Shown one piece after another: positions 55,765 to 64,000 of a stretch of DNA of 64,000 nucleotides. The notes under the pieces are model-generated. The model saw only the letters and a program-made list of their open reading frames with translations, did not search any database and was not told the DNA's origin. Positions within the stretch are counted from its first letter, which is position 1, and each line of letters opens with the position of its first letter. Source of the stretch: Candidatus Gugararchaeum adminiculabundum (GTDB lineage: Archaea > Micrarchaeota > Micrarchaeia > Burarchaeales > Gugararchaeaceae). The stretch covers positions 1,002 to 65,001 of the forward strand of contig CABMDC010000004.1 in assembly GCA_902384795.1 (NCBI GenBank). Direction: 5' to 3'. The position numbers and the translations under genes are program-made.

Positions 55765-57171
55765 ATGGCGCGCTTTGGGGAAATATTCATCCCCGGGTGT
55801 TCTCTTATGGTTGGTTCGTTTAAAGAAATCTTAGCAGAGTCCAGCATTTTCCTGGATAGGAACGTTTTGCTACCACACTACATACCGGCCCATCTGCCCC
55901 ACAGGGAAAAATACATCGAAAAAGTGATGCGCAGCGTATCCCCGGCCCTGCAGGGCGCAAAGCCAAGGAACCTGTTCATCTATGGAAAAGTCGGCACTGG
56001 CAAAACCTGCTGCGTAAAGCACGTGATGCAGAAATTCGAGCAAATGGAATCCAGCTCCAAAATGACTTACATCAACTGCCGGGTTTACAATTCGCGCTAC
56101 AAAATTTTCCAGAAAATTGTCAAGGACTATATTCCGGAGCAGGACAAGCCCGGGTTCGGGCTGCAGTATTTCTACGAGAATATTGTGAAATGGGTGGAAC
56201 AGGAGAAACGCCACCTGATCGTGGTGCTGGATGAAATTGACGTTGTCCATGATTTGAATGAATTGGTTTACAATTTCACAAGAGCCAATGATGATCTCAA
56301 GGCCGGTGGAATTTCGATTCTTGGAATTTCCAACAAGCTTTCGTTCAAAGAGCGGCTCGACAACAGAAGCAAAAGCGCGCTCTATGAGACCGAGCTGGTA
56401 TTCCCGCCCTATAACGCGAACCAGCTCCAGGAAATTCTAATTGAAAGGGTGAAAATGGGCTATGCCAACAGCAGCGTTGATGAGGCCGCACTGAACCTGG
56501 CGTCAGCGGTTGCTGCGCAGGAAACAGGGGATGCAAGGTACGCACTCAAGCTGATTCTGCGCGCAGGCGAATTGGTTCTTGATTCTGGGAGACGAATTGT
56601 GACTGAAAGCGATGTGGAACAGGCGCGCAAGAGCGTTGACGAGGATGTCATCACTGATGCGATCTCCACATTGCCAGAGCACCAGCAGATGGTGCTTTAC
56701 TCAGTGGCGAATCTGGCAATCACCGGCGGCAGGTATTCCAAGCTAGCGGCAATCGAGGATGACGGGAATTATTTGATGTCAGGGGAAGTTTACGAAGGGT
56801 ATCTTTCTTCCTGCTCAAAATATAGGAAGCGCGCCCGCTCCATGCGCTGGTTCCAGGAATATCTGGGCGAGCTGGAAGTTTTCGGATTGATTTCAATGCT
56901 TGAAAGCGGCCAGGGAGTGCGCGGAAGAAGCAGGCTCATTAAAATTGGCTATTCTCCTGAAAGGGTGAAGGGGATTATTGAAAAGAATTTCAATGGCGGC
57001 TACCGCAATGAGGACAGCAAGGATGCCGGGAATAATGGCGGCAATGCTGTCCTGGCGGCCAATGAACACAATGGCGGTTCGGCAGAAATGGCCAAAGGAA
57101 ACAATGGCGGGAACGGCGGTTCAATAAACGCGGCTAGCCTGGAAAACAGAAACAACGGCGGCGCGGTTTGA
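55765..57171 (+). CDS. orc1: Orc1/Cdc6 replication initiator with Asn/Gly-rich C-terminal extension
   Basis: Walker A GKVGTGKT, Walker B VVLDEID, sensor/winged-helix region GDARYALKLI. The last ~60 aa are N/G low complexity (NNGGNAVLAANEHNGGSAEMAKGNNGGNGGS). Confidence 0.93.
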   Translation: MARFGEIFIPGCSLMVGSFKEILAESSIFLDRNVLLPHYIPAHLPHREKYIEKVMRSVSPALQGAKPRNLFIYGKVGTGKTCCVKHVMQKFEQMESSSKMTYINCRVYNSRYKIFQKIVKDYIPEQDKPGFGLQYFYENIVKWVEQEKRHLIVVLDEIDVVHDLNELVYNFTRANDDLKAGGISILGISNKLSFKERLDNRSKSALYETELVFPPYNANQLQEILIERVKMGYANSSVDEAALNLASAVAAQETGDARYALKLILRAGELVLDSGRRIVTESDVEQARKSVDEDVITDAISTLPEHQQMVLYSVANLAITGGRYSKLAAIEDDGNYLMSGEVYEGYLSSCSKYRKRARSMRWFQEYLGELEVFGLISMLESGQGVRGRSRLIKIGYSPERVKGIIEKNFNGGYRNEDSKDAGNNGGNAVLAANEHNGGSAEMAKGNNGGNGGSINAASLENRNNGGAV

Positions 57172-57767
57172 TGGCTAAACCAAAGGAAAAGGAAATGGCC
57201 GCACTCGCAAACCTATTTTTTGAAGCAGGCCAGCTCAAGCGGCTTCCAAGAAGCGGCTGGCTCACGATTGGCATAAAGGATTGTGAAACAATTGCAGAGC
57301 ACAGCTTTAGATCGGCGCTCATTTCCTATGTGCTCGCGAAAATGGAAGGGGTCGACTATTCGCGAATTTTGCTCGCAAGCCTTGTTCATGATTTGCACGA
57401 GGCGCGCATCAGCGACCTTAATACCACCAATAAAAAATACGTGAAAGCGGATGAGCGAAAAGCCTGGGAAGATGCGCTCGCGGGCCTGCCAGGCGAAATG
57501 AGAATGGAGATTGAAAGCGCGCTGGATGAAAAAAGCAAAAACAGCATTGAGGCGAAAATCTGCAATGACGCGGACAAACTCGAAATGCTGGTCCAGGCAA
57601 AGGAATATCTGGACCTGGGGCACAGGAATGCGACCGACTGGATCGCCAGCGCGCAGAAGAATTTGAGGACAAACAGCGCAAAACGCCTGGCAAAAATTAT
57701 TTTAAGGATGGATTCCAACAATTGGCTGCTTGCGAACAGAAACGAAAGCAAGGGGAAGAAACGATGA
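57171..57767 (+). CDS. HD-domain phosphohydrolase (YfbR-like 5'-nucleotidase family)
   Basis: RSGW, AEHSF and LVHDLHEARISD. The ATG overlaps the orc1 TGA (TGATG). Confidence 0.8.
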   Translation: MAKPKEKEMAALANLFFEAGQLKRLPRSGWLTIGIKDCETIAEHSFRSALISYVLAKMEGVDYSRILLASLVHDLHEARISDLNTTNKKYVKADERKAWEDALAGLPGEMRMEIESALDEKSKNSIEAKICNDADKLEMLVQAKEYLDLGHRNATDWIASAQKNLRTNSAKRLAKIILRMDSNNWLLANRNESKGKKR

Positions 57768-58426
57768 AGGCGAAATACCTGGTTATCTGCGCAATCGCCA
57801 TTGCTGGGCTCGTTTTCCTCTCAGGGTGCGTCCAGGAAATCAATTTCGCCGCCTCCTGCGAGACTAATTGCCAGGACATGTTTTCACAGAAAAAATCCGC
57901 ATGCATGGCTTCCTGCGGCATGAGCGGCAAATCCGATGTAACCTGCCAGACCGAGTGCGACAGTGCGATGGTGGCAACGATCGAGGGGTGCAAGGAGGAC
58001 TGCAGAAAAAGGAAAGCGTTCGAGTCTGGCGATGTCAGTTACTGCACCACACTCACCGAACTGAACGAATATAACGAGTGCTTCTTCAACATCGCGGTAA
58101 AGGAGGAACGGCCTAACCTGTGCAAGGAGATGGTTGATGGGAAAGGGGACCTGGAGAGAAACCTTGCGCGCGAATGCCTGGCAAGGATAGCGAAAAAGGA
58201 CCCGAAGAGGTTCGGGCCGGGCGGCATTGAAACCAACCTGTGCACGGATGACCTGTTCTTCTACGAGCTGAATAACGTGGACGGGCTGCCGGGCGGCAAG
58301 GCAAGGGCGGAAAAATTCACCTGCGAAACCGAAGCCAATGGCGCCAAGCAGAGCGGCATAAATTGCACGTCCATAATCGCCATTATGCTGGTGGCAGTTT
58401 CAGCCTATGCCTGCAGAAGAAATTAG
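57764..58426 (+). CDS. Cys-rich putative lipoprotein with C-terminal TM anchor
   Basis: MKAKYLVICAIAIAGLVFLSGC lipobox, many Cys, C-terminal IIAIMLVAVSAYACRRN. ATGA start/stop overlap with the HD gene. Confidence 0.65.
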   Translation: MKAKYLVICAIAIAGLVFLSGCVQEINFAASCETNCQDMFSQKKSACMASCGMSGKSDVTCQTECDSAMVATIEGCKEDCRKRKAFESGDVSYCTTLTELNEYNECFFNIAVKEERPNLCKEMVDGKGDLERNLARECLARIAKKDPKRFGPGGIETNLCTDDLFFYELNNVDGLPGGKARAEKFTCETEANGAKQSGINCTSIIAIMLVAVSAYACRRN

Positions 58427-58467
58427 GCAAACTAAATCTGTTCTGGAATTCGGGCTAAGCTACTAAG

Positions 58468-58710
58468 CTAATTGTGGGTTAACCAATAGGTTCCGTAGAT
58501 GGTCACAATAAAAACCGAGAGGATAAAAAAGAGCATTGATGCCTGCGGAGATACAAGAAAGTTCCCTGCGGCATAAACGAGCGAATTCTGGGTTTGTATT
58601 TCATCTCCAACTTGCCCCGGCCTGCCCCCATTGAATCCAAAAATAAAAAGCATGAAAACTCCGGCAAAGGCAAAGAACAGGAATGTCTGCTCGTAAAAGT
58701 GCATGCGCAA
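58468..58710 (-). CDS. small membrane protein
   Basis: 80 aa, two hydrophobic helices. Confidence 0.45.
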   Translation of the reverse strand: MRMHFYEQTFLFFAFAGVFMLFIFGFNGGRPGQVGDEIQTQNSLVYAAGNFLVSPQASMLFFILSVFIVTIYGTYWLTHN

Positions 58711-58733
58711 TCCTCTCCCAACTCTTCTCTCTT

Positions 58734-59315
58734 CTAGTTATGATTTTTCTCTTCTGAACCGGTTATATCATTTTTGGCAAATACCAGCAGCACCACTGTG
58801 GCCGCGGGTATGAAAACTCCGAAAAATAAATTGGAAGTCTGCGGCCCCGCCGCATTGTCGATTATCAGCGAAACATAGTAATAGAGCGAATAAAGCGCGA
58901 TTAGCATGCCTGTCCAGAAGCTGATTTCCTTGTTCAGCAGAAGCAATCCCGCCTGGATTGCCAGAATCAGGGCGATTCCCATGGAAACCATGGCAGCCAC
59001 TGCGGCCGATTTTTGATAGCTCAGGAAAGCGCCGGCCGTTCCGGTTGAAATGGCCCTCAAAAGCGGAGCCATGGTCGGGTAGCTCAGGATGGAATGATAA
59101 ACTGCGATGAGAAGGAATAGTATGGCGATTGCGCCGATTTTCAAAGTGAGCGATTTGTGTGTGTGCCTGTCAATGCTTGCCGTTGCCACTTCCTTCAGGC
59201 AGTCAAAGCAGACATACCCCCGGCCAACACGTTCAATGCAGTTTGCGCAGTAGGATTTTTCGCATTTGACGCACAAGCCAATCGCTGGCGTATCGGGATG
59301 ATTTTCGCAATTCAT
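58734..59315 (-). CDS. B-box-type zinc-finger membrane protein
   Basis: The N-terminus CENHPDTPAIGLCVKCEKSYCANCIERVGRGYVCFDC is followed by about 4 TM helices. Confidence 0.6.
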   Translation of the reverse strand: MNCENHPDTPAIGLCVKCEKSYCANCIERVGRGYVCFDCLKEVATASIDRHTHKSLTLKIGAIAILFLLIAVYHSILSYPTMAPLLRAISTGTAGAFLSYQKSAAVAAMVSMGIALILAIQAGLLLLNKEISFWTGMLIALYSLYYYVSLIIDNAAGPQTSNLFFGVFIPAATVVLLVFAKNDITGSEEKNHN

Positions 59316-59371
59316 GAGAAGGAGTTGGGGATACGGGATATTTTAACCTATTGCTGAACCGCCCGCCGCAG

Positions 59372-60394
59372 CTAGAACCGCCTGTTGATTATGTCCACTA
59401 AATCGCTGACTATGGCGCTTGCCGTTTCAATCTGCCCTGCCCCGCGGCCCACAACGAAAACCTCTTTTGCCAAATCAGTGTCAATCTGCAGGGCGTTCAG
59501 CGAGCCTTTTACATTAAGCGGGTGCACTTTCGGAATCAGCCTTGGGCTCACTTCCAGCGAACCGCTTTCGGAAATCTCTCCGATCAGCTTGATCACAAAC
59601 CCCTGGGAATTCGCGAGCTCCATTGCCTCTGCCGTCACCTTGGTGATTCCGGTCACTTTCACATCCTTGAAAGAAGCATTAATGCCCAGAAGCGCGTTTG
59701 CAAGTATGACAACTTTCGCTGCCGCATCAATCCCCTCGATATCATAGGTCGGGTCGGCTTCGGCATAACCCAGCTCCTGCGCCTCCTTGAGCGCGGATTC
59801 AAATGAAACCTTGTCCTCAAGCATTTTAGTAAGTATGAAATTGGTTGTTCCGTTCAGGATTCCCCTGACTGATTTTATTTTGTTCAGCTGGAGTCCGTTG
59901 CGCACCAGAGAGAAAACAGGCATTCCTCCGCAGACCGTTGCCTCAAACCGCATTTCCAGATTTTTCCTTTTTGCCTCGCCCATTAATTTTTGGAAGTTCA
60001 CTGCCAGCGGCCCTTTGTTGCTAGTGATAACGTGCTTTCCTGATTTGAATGCTGCCAGGAAATTCGCCGTGCCCGGCTCCCCGGTCTTGATGTCCGTGGG
60101 GGTCGCCTCAATCAGGATGTCCGCCTTCACGGACTCGATGGCATCCGCGCCTTTCATTTTCTGGAATTTTTTGTGCGACTCGAATTTCTTCTTGTCAGCG
60201 AGCTCCACCAGCTCCTCCAGGTCAAGCCCTGCCCCGCTCTCGTCAATCACACAGCCCTTGCTGTTGCACACTGCGACCACAGAAACTTTCGCGTTGTAAT
60301 CGTGCTCCAGCTCCTTGCGCTTGGTTTGCAGGACTTTCGCAACCCCTTTGCCAACAACTCCGAAACCGACAATGATTGCCTTGACGTTTTTCAT
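59372..60394 (-). CDS. hom: homoserine dehydrogenase
   Basis: Rossmann IIVGFGVVGKGV, GILNGTTNFIL and EADPTYDIEGIDAA. Confidence 0.9.
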   Translation of the reverse strand: MKNVKAIIVGFGVVGKGVAKVLQTKRKELEHDYNAKVSVVAVCNSKGCVIDESGAGLDLEELVELADKKKFESHKKFQKMKGADAIESVKADILIEATPTDIKTGEPGTANFLAAFKSGKHVITSNKGPLAVNFQKLMGEAKRKNLEMRFEATVCGGMPVFSLVRNGLQLNKIKSVRGILNGTTNFILTKMLEDKVSFESALKEAQELGYAEADPTYDIEGIDAAAKVVILANALLGINASFKDVKVTGITKVTAEAMELANSQGFVIKLIGEISESGSLEVSPRLIPKVHPLNVKGSLNALQIDTDLAKEVFVVGRGAGQIETASAIVSDLVDIINRRF

Positions 60395-60891
60395 TCGCGA
60401 ATCACCAATAGCCCCTTTTCCTTTGAGAGCTTGTCAAGCGCAGAAAGGATCGGGTCGAAATTCTTCTCGTCCATGTCCAGGGTAATCAGGGCGCAGGACG
60501 GCTTCTTTGAATCGCTGATTGAAAGGGTGAAATTCCTTGCATCGGCGCCTGCGTCCATCAATCTGTCCAGCGTGTTCTTGGCATCCGTGTCCATCACGTG
60601 CCCTAGCAGAAGGATGGAAACCGATTTCTTCTTAAGAAGCTTTTTGCCGTCAGCTGAAAGCTCGCGGATTTGCGCGACTTTTGACAAATCGGCCTTCAGC
60701 GCCTCCAGCGCGCTCAGGTCGCTTATCTCGAAATTGATTATGGTCGGAACGAACCCGCCCTCCCCCTCGCTGTTCTCGCGCAGGTGGGTGATATTCTGTA
60801 TGTTCCCGCCATGGCCGGAGATAGGCTTGAGCGATTCAACTAGCGCGCCGGGCGCATCTTTTAGCCTTAGCAATACCCTGCATTTCAGCAA
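60391..60891 (-). CDS. ACT-domain protein (upstream partner of hom)
   Basis: RLKDAPGALVESLKPISGHGGNI, 166 aa, 4-nt overlap with hom. Confidence 0.7.
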   Translation of the reverse strand: MLKCRVLLRLKDAPGALVESLKPISGHGGNIQNITHLRENSEGEGGFVPTIINFEISDLSALEALKADLSKVAQIRELSADGKKLLKKKSVSILLLGHVMDTDAKNTLDRLMDAGADARNFTLSISDSKKPSCALITLDMDEKNFDPILSALDKLSKEKGLLVIRE

Positions 60892-60912
60892 ATTAATCCC
60901 CGTAGACCCGGT

Positions 60913-61161
60913 TTACTGCCTGTTGTACTTTTCCATTTTTGCGTGGAATTTTCTCTTCTTCTTTTCGAAGATTCTCTTGTGCTTTCCACAGCTTATGCAG
61001 TAGTATTTCTTGCTGTCAACGAAAACCGTGACATCGTCAGCTGTTTTCAGGTCAGTGGTATACTTGGTGCGGCCGAAATCGGTCACGCTTTTGTCGCGCG
61101 GGCACCTCCGTCCACAAGAACTGCAGTTTACAAGAATTTCCCTTCCTCTTCCCATAGTCAT
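60913..61161 (-). CDS. rps26e: 30S ribosomal protein S26e-like
   Basis: VNCSSCGRRCPRDKSV and YYCISCGKHKRI match the eS26 zinc-binding pattern, with a basic tail. Confidence 0.6.
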   Translation of the reverse strand: MTMGRGREILVNCSSCGRRCPRDKSVTDFGRTKYTTDLKTADDVTVFVDSKKYYCISCGKHKRIFEKKKRKFHAKMEKYNRQ

Positions 61162-61186
61162 CCCTCTTTTAGATTTTTTTATTTTT

Positions 61187-62137
61187 TTAGTTAGTTTTTA
61201 GATAATTTTTAGCGGAACCCAGATTTATCCCGTTCAGCAAATAGATTTTCGCCTCAGCAGCTTTAAATAGCTTGTTTTTGAGGAGGGGGCCGGCTCGGTA
61301 GAAATCATTGGCAGCAGCGCCGCCACTATGGGCGCTGCGCCTGCGGTGCCTGGAGGCAGTCGCGCTCCAGCGCGACCGACCGCCCGAGCGGTCGCCGCAT
61401 CGTTTGGCGGCCCGATTTTTCGGCGAACCGAAAAATGGGCGCATTTGTCCTCGCGGGACAAATCGCGCAGCGCCCGGCGCGCTGCTGCCTTCGCGCGTAG
61501 AATTGATAGCTGAACCGGTAATTAATGGATTGAACGCAGGCACGAAAATCACCTTGATTTTCAGGTTCGCGTTCGGATACTTTTTGGCAAGCATTTCACT
61601 TTCCCCCTCCAATCCTCCCATCAGCCAGATTTTCTGCACTGATTTTGACTCCAATTTGTCAACAAACTCGATTGCCGGGTGGGAGTGGCCCACAAACAGG
61701 TAATCCTGCTGCATCATTTCTTCTGTTGGCCACGTGTGCCCATGGGCAAATGCCGCATTATTGTAAATCATGCCAGGCTGTTCAGCGAATTTCACATTTG
61801 TGTGAAACATGGCGTATTTCTTGAGCGAGCCATCGTGATTGCCTGGAACTATGGTAACTTCAAAATCCTGCAAGCCCTTGAAAAAATCAAAAACAAAATC
61901 ATCCTCGGCCGTAATCTTGTGCTTCACATCGCCCAGCAAAATTATTTTTTTGCAATTGTTCTCGTTTGCAAGTGCCACAATCTGCTCCACATTCTTCTTC
62001 AAAAAAACAGGCGCAGAGCCTTTTCCCAGAATTTCCGTTTCAAGCCCGATGTGCGCATCCGCAATCACCAGGGAATCGGAATAGACGCATGCTGGAACAT
62101 CGTGCAGAAAAATAGGCTCGAAAGATTTGGATGGCAT
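61187..62137 (-). CDS. calcineurin-like metallophosphoesterase carrying a 60-codon in-frame insertion
   Basis: IADAHIG, LLGDVKH, VPGNHDG, HGHTW and GHSHP. The C-terminal GPLLKNKLF...IYLLNGINLG looks native. The segment between is an Arg-rich translation of the GC-rich element. Confidence 0.8.
   Translation of the reverse strand: MPSKSFEPIFLHDVPACVYSDSLVIADAHIGLETEILGKGSAPVFLKKNVEQIVALANENNCKKIILLGDVKHKITAEDDFVFDFFKGLQDFEVTIVPGNHDGSLKKYAMFHTNVKFAEQPGMIYNNAAFAHGHTWPTEEMMQQDYLFVGHSHPAIEFVDKLESKSVQKIWLMGGLEGESEMLAKKYPNANLKIKVIFVPAFNPLITGSAINSTREGSSAPGAARFVPRGQMRPFFGSPKNRAAKRCGDRSGGRSRWSATASRHRRRSAHSGGAAANDFYRAGPLLKNKLFKAAEAKIYLLNGINLGSAKNYLKTN
61310..61489. repeat. 180-bp GC-rich hairpin-dense element with 11-bp terminal inverted repeats
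   Basis: GGCAGCAGCGC (61310-61320) pairs with GCGCTGCTGCC (61479-61489). Inside are these stems: 61359-65/61370-76, 61377-83/61388-94, 61415-23/61428-36 (9 bp), 61443-50/61456-63, and 61437-42/61470-75. On the gene (minus) strand three loops read UUCG, UCGG and UGGA. Confidence 0.8.
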
Positions 62138-62171
62138 AAACAGCTGCCTGCAAATGGCTTGCCCGCTTATT

Positions 62172-62360
62172 TTACTTTATCTTAACCGCGTACTTGCCCG
62201 GGATTTTTGCGCCAATCTTTTTGGCAAGCTCGCTTTTCTCAGGGTCAAAGACCACGATATAACCGGAGTATTTCTCGGACAGGTTCTCGCCCTGGCAGGA
62301 GGGGCATTTTACGCCTTCCTTGATTATCAGGTGGCAGGTTTTGCATGCTTTTTCAGCCAT
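62172..62360 (-). CDS. spt4: transcription elongation factor Spt4 (RpoE'')
   Basis: CKTCHLI...CPSC zinc ribbon, SGYIVVFDPEKSELAKKIG, 62 aa. Confidence 0.88.
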   Translation of the reverse strand: MAEKACKTCHLIIKEGVKCPSCQGENLSEKYSGYIVVFDPEKSELAKKIGAKIPGKYAVKIK

Positions 62361-62371
62361 TCAAATCACAT

Positions 62372-62998
62372 CTATTTCTTTTCCTTTTTCTCCTTCTTTT
62401 CCGCTTTTTCAGCCTTTTCCTTCTTCGGCTTTTCCTTCTTGTCGCCCTCTTTCTCTTCCTTCTTCGCGCCTGGCGCCCATTCGGGCTTTCCAAGGCCGGA
62501 TGGCCTCATGGTAAGGCCGATTTTTGACTCGGGAATGCTGTTCTTGAGCGAAACTGTCGAGATTTTCGCAAGCACATGGTCGCCCTTTTTCAGGGTTTTC
62601 TTGCTCTCGCGGCCCACAAAGCTCTGCGAATTCTTGTCATAGGAAAGGAAGTCGTTGGTTATCTGCGAAAGGTGCACGAGCCCCTCGAGCGGGCCGAGCG
62701 AAATGAACGCCCCGAATTCCACGATTTCGCCTGCCTCGCCCTCGAACACTTCGTTCACCTCGGGTTTGTAGCAAAGCGCGTCAAACGTGACTGTGTGATG
62801 GGTTGCCCCGTCCCCGGGAATCACTCTTCCGTCGGAGATTTCCCTCGGGTTCCTTATGGAGATTATGATTCCGAGATCCTTGTCAACCAGCCTTTCGTAG
62901 TGCTCCCTCAGTATTTGCAGTACCGATTCCTCCAAGGACATGGAGAACAATTTCGGAGGTATGCTGACAACGTCTCTTATGGTATAAAGTGTATACAT
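62372..62998 (-). CDS. rpoE: DNA-directed RNA polymerase subunit E' (Rpo7) with Lys/Glu-rich tail
   Basis: N-terminal Rpo7 fold sequence, S1 domain GEIVEFGAFISLGPLEGLVHLSQI, tail KKEEKEGDKKEKPKKEKAEKAEKKEKKEKK. Confidence 0.9.
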   Translation of the reverse strand: MYTLYTIRDVVSIPPKLFSMSLEESVLQILREHYERLVDKDLGIIISIRNPREISDGRVIPGDGATHHTVTFDALCYKPEVNEVFEGEAGEIVEFGAFISLGPLEGLVHLSQITNDFLSYDKNSQSFVGRESKKTLKKGDHVLAKISTVSLKNSIPESKIGLTMRPSGLGKPEWAPGAKKEEKEGDKKEKPKKEKAEKAEKKEKKEKK

Positions 62999-63067
62999 TC
63001 AGACCCACCCTTAAGATTAGAGTTTGATTATTCTAGATTTTGCGAGGAGAAACTTTATATAGGGTTC

Positions 63068-63940
63068 CTAGGGGCTCGGTTGAGGAAGGAAACCATGCCT
63101 TATTGCGATCGGATTGAACTGCCGGTCAAACTCAAGCGTTGCGAGCAAATTTTTCGGCGTTACGTTATAATCGGAAGCCAGCATCGCGAGCGCCTCTTCC
63201 GGGGTTAGCCATCCGTCTTCGATTCCGGTCCCTATGGCAGGCATTGCTTCCATGATGCAATCCCGGACCAAAGGGAGAAATCGCAAAACCTTCCCCCCAT
63301 TGCTCCCTTTCATCGGAAGCGCAGGCGGTTGCGGCTGCGCGCGGGGCTTTGCTTCGGGGGCAGGGGCTTCGGGCTCTGGGGATTTTGCTTTGCGTTTGCA
63401 CCAATTATTCGGAGAGCGGAATATGACTGAAGTGTCAAATTCGTCTTTTTTTGGGCGGTTTTTTCTCACCATCTCCCGCTTGGCCGCAAAAACAGCTTTC
63501 TGGTAATTCCTGAAATAGTTTTTCGAATGCTTGTACAGCGAACTGTCCCGCTTGTTCATGGCAGTGGGGCAAAGCTCGGTTACGCCATGCTCTTCGAATA
63601 TTTTTATGATTTCGTTCACAATAAACTTCCTGGAAAACGTTCGCTGTTCTTTTTGGCCGGCTGGATCGAATTTTTTTGCCTGTTTGGGTTTCCCCTCCTG
63701 CCGAAGATATTCAGTGGTTGCAAGAAGGGCCCCGTTCAGCCCGCCCGGGAAGAGGCGGCATGCGGCACCGTAAAGCGGCTGGTCGTTTTCCCTCAGGGCT
63801 GTTTTTGAAATTTCTCCCTTGTGCTTTTTCCCAAATTCTAACAGCCCGTCAATCACTTTTTGCCGGCTCCATTTCGCCCCTTCCTTTTGCAACGCCCCGT
63901 ATTTGTCAGGCGGCGGCTTTTGCGCGAGCCACTTGTCCAA
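63068..63940 (-). CDS. hypothetical protein with Pro/Ala-rich linker
   Basis: 290 aa, TTG start. Two loosely similar N-terminal segments, then the KSPEPEAPAPEAKPRAQPQPPALP linker. No recognisable motif. Confidence 0.5.
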   Translation of the reverse strand: MDKWLAQKPPPDKYGALQKEGAKWSRQKVIDGLLEFGKKHKGEISKTALRENDQPLYGAACRLFPGGLNGALLATTEYLRQEGKPKQAKKFDPAGQKEQRTFSRKFIVNEIIKIFEEHGVTELCPTAMNKRDSSLYKHSKNYFRNYQKAVFAAKREMVRKNRPKKDEFDTSVIFRSPNNWCKRKAKSPEPEAPAPEAKPRAQPQPPALPMKGSNGGKVLRFLPLVRDCIMEAMPAIGTGIEDGWLTPEEALAMLASDYNVTPKNLLATLEFDRQFNPIAIRHGFLPQPSP

Positions 63941-64000
63941 TCCGGTTTCCTGGATTTCGGAGATCAGAAACTTATTGAAGAAGAAAAATTTCTTGTTGCT

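Noticed and set aside
61310-61489. Interpreting the GC-rich element as an intein or as a classical bulge-helix-bulge intron
   Set aside because: At 60 codons, with no intein blocks, it is far too small for an intein. The terminal 11-bp helix is perfect, has no 3-nt bulges, and the exon flanks do not pair, so a canonical BHB is not supported. It is left unclassified.

Overview
Archaeal chromosomal segment. This call is inferred from archaeal-type 16S/23S sequence blocks, aIF-1A, aIF-2 beta, S3Ae, S26e, NAC, MCM, Orc1/Cdc6, Spt4, RpoE', an intron-containing tRNA, and TATA-box/leaderless gene starts. Interrupted rRNA genes, giant ORFs and many orphan genes are reminiscent of small-genome (DPANN-like) archaea, but I cannot place the organism from sequence alone. 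Content: (i) A minus-strand 16S-23S rRNA operon (16S 7609-9702, 23S 4047-7280) with flanking processing stems, no spacer tRNA and no linked 5S. The 16S is split by a ~598-nt intron carrying a LAGLIDADG endonuclease ORF, and the 23S by a ~208-nt ORF-less insertion in helix 89. (ii) One tRNA-Arg(UCG) with a 35-nt canonical-position intron. (iii) About 60 protein genes, mostly housekeeping: DEAD-box helicase, PdxS/PdxT, ThrC, Hom, ValRS, ITPase, S15, S3Ae, S26e, NAC, RIO kinase, aIF-1A, aIF-2 beta, MCM, Orc1/Cdc6, RtcA, FolE2/MptA plus PTPS, SepF, Spt4, RpoE'. There are also three intramembrane proteases (rhomboid, presenilin/SPP-like, A24 prepilin-peptidase-like). (iv) Accessory/orphan content: a 2503-aa ORF with one HExxH motif, a membrane-anchored protein of at least 845 aa running off the left edge, Cys-rich lipoproteins, an SLT/GH23-like lytic transglycosylase, and an AT-rich two-gene island next to MCM. 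The most unusual signals are four. First, a 180-bp GC-rich, hairpin-dense element sits in frame inside a metallophosphoesterase gene. Second, two insertions duplicated the 3' end of a resident gene (presenilin-like, thrC), with only synonymous differences across the shared residues. Third, a hairpin repeat family is associated with a duplicated MCM start region. Fourth, an A8 slippery tract would fuse two overlapping orphan ORFs by a -1 shift. No CRISPR array, transposase or integrase was seen. All family names are motif-level recognitions made by eye. No database search was run.
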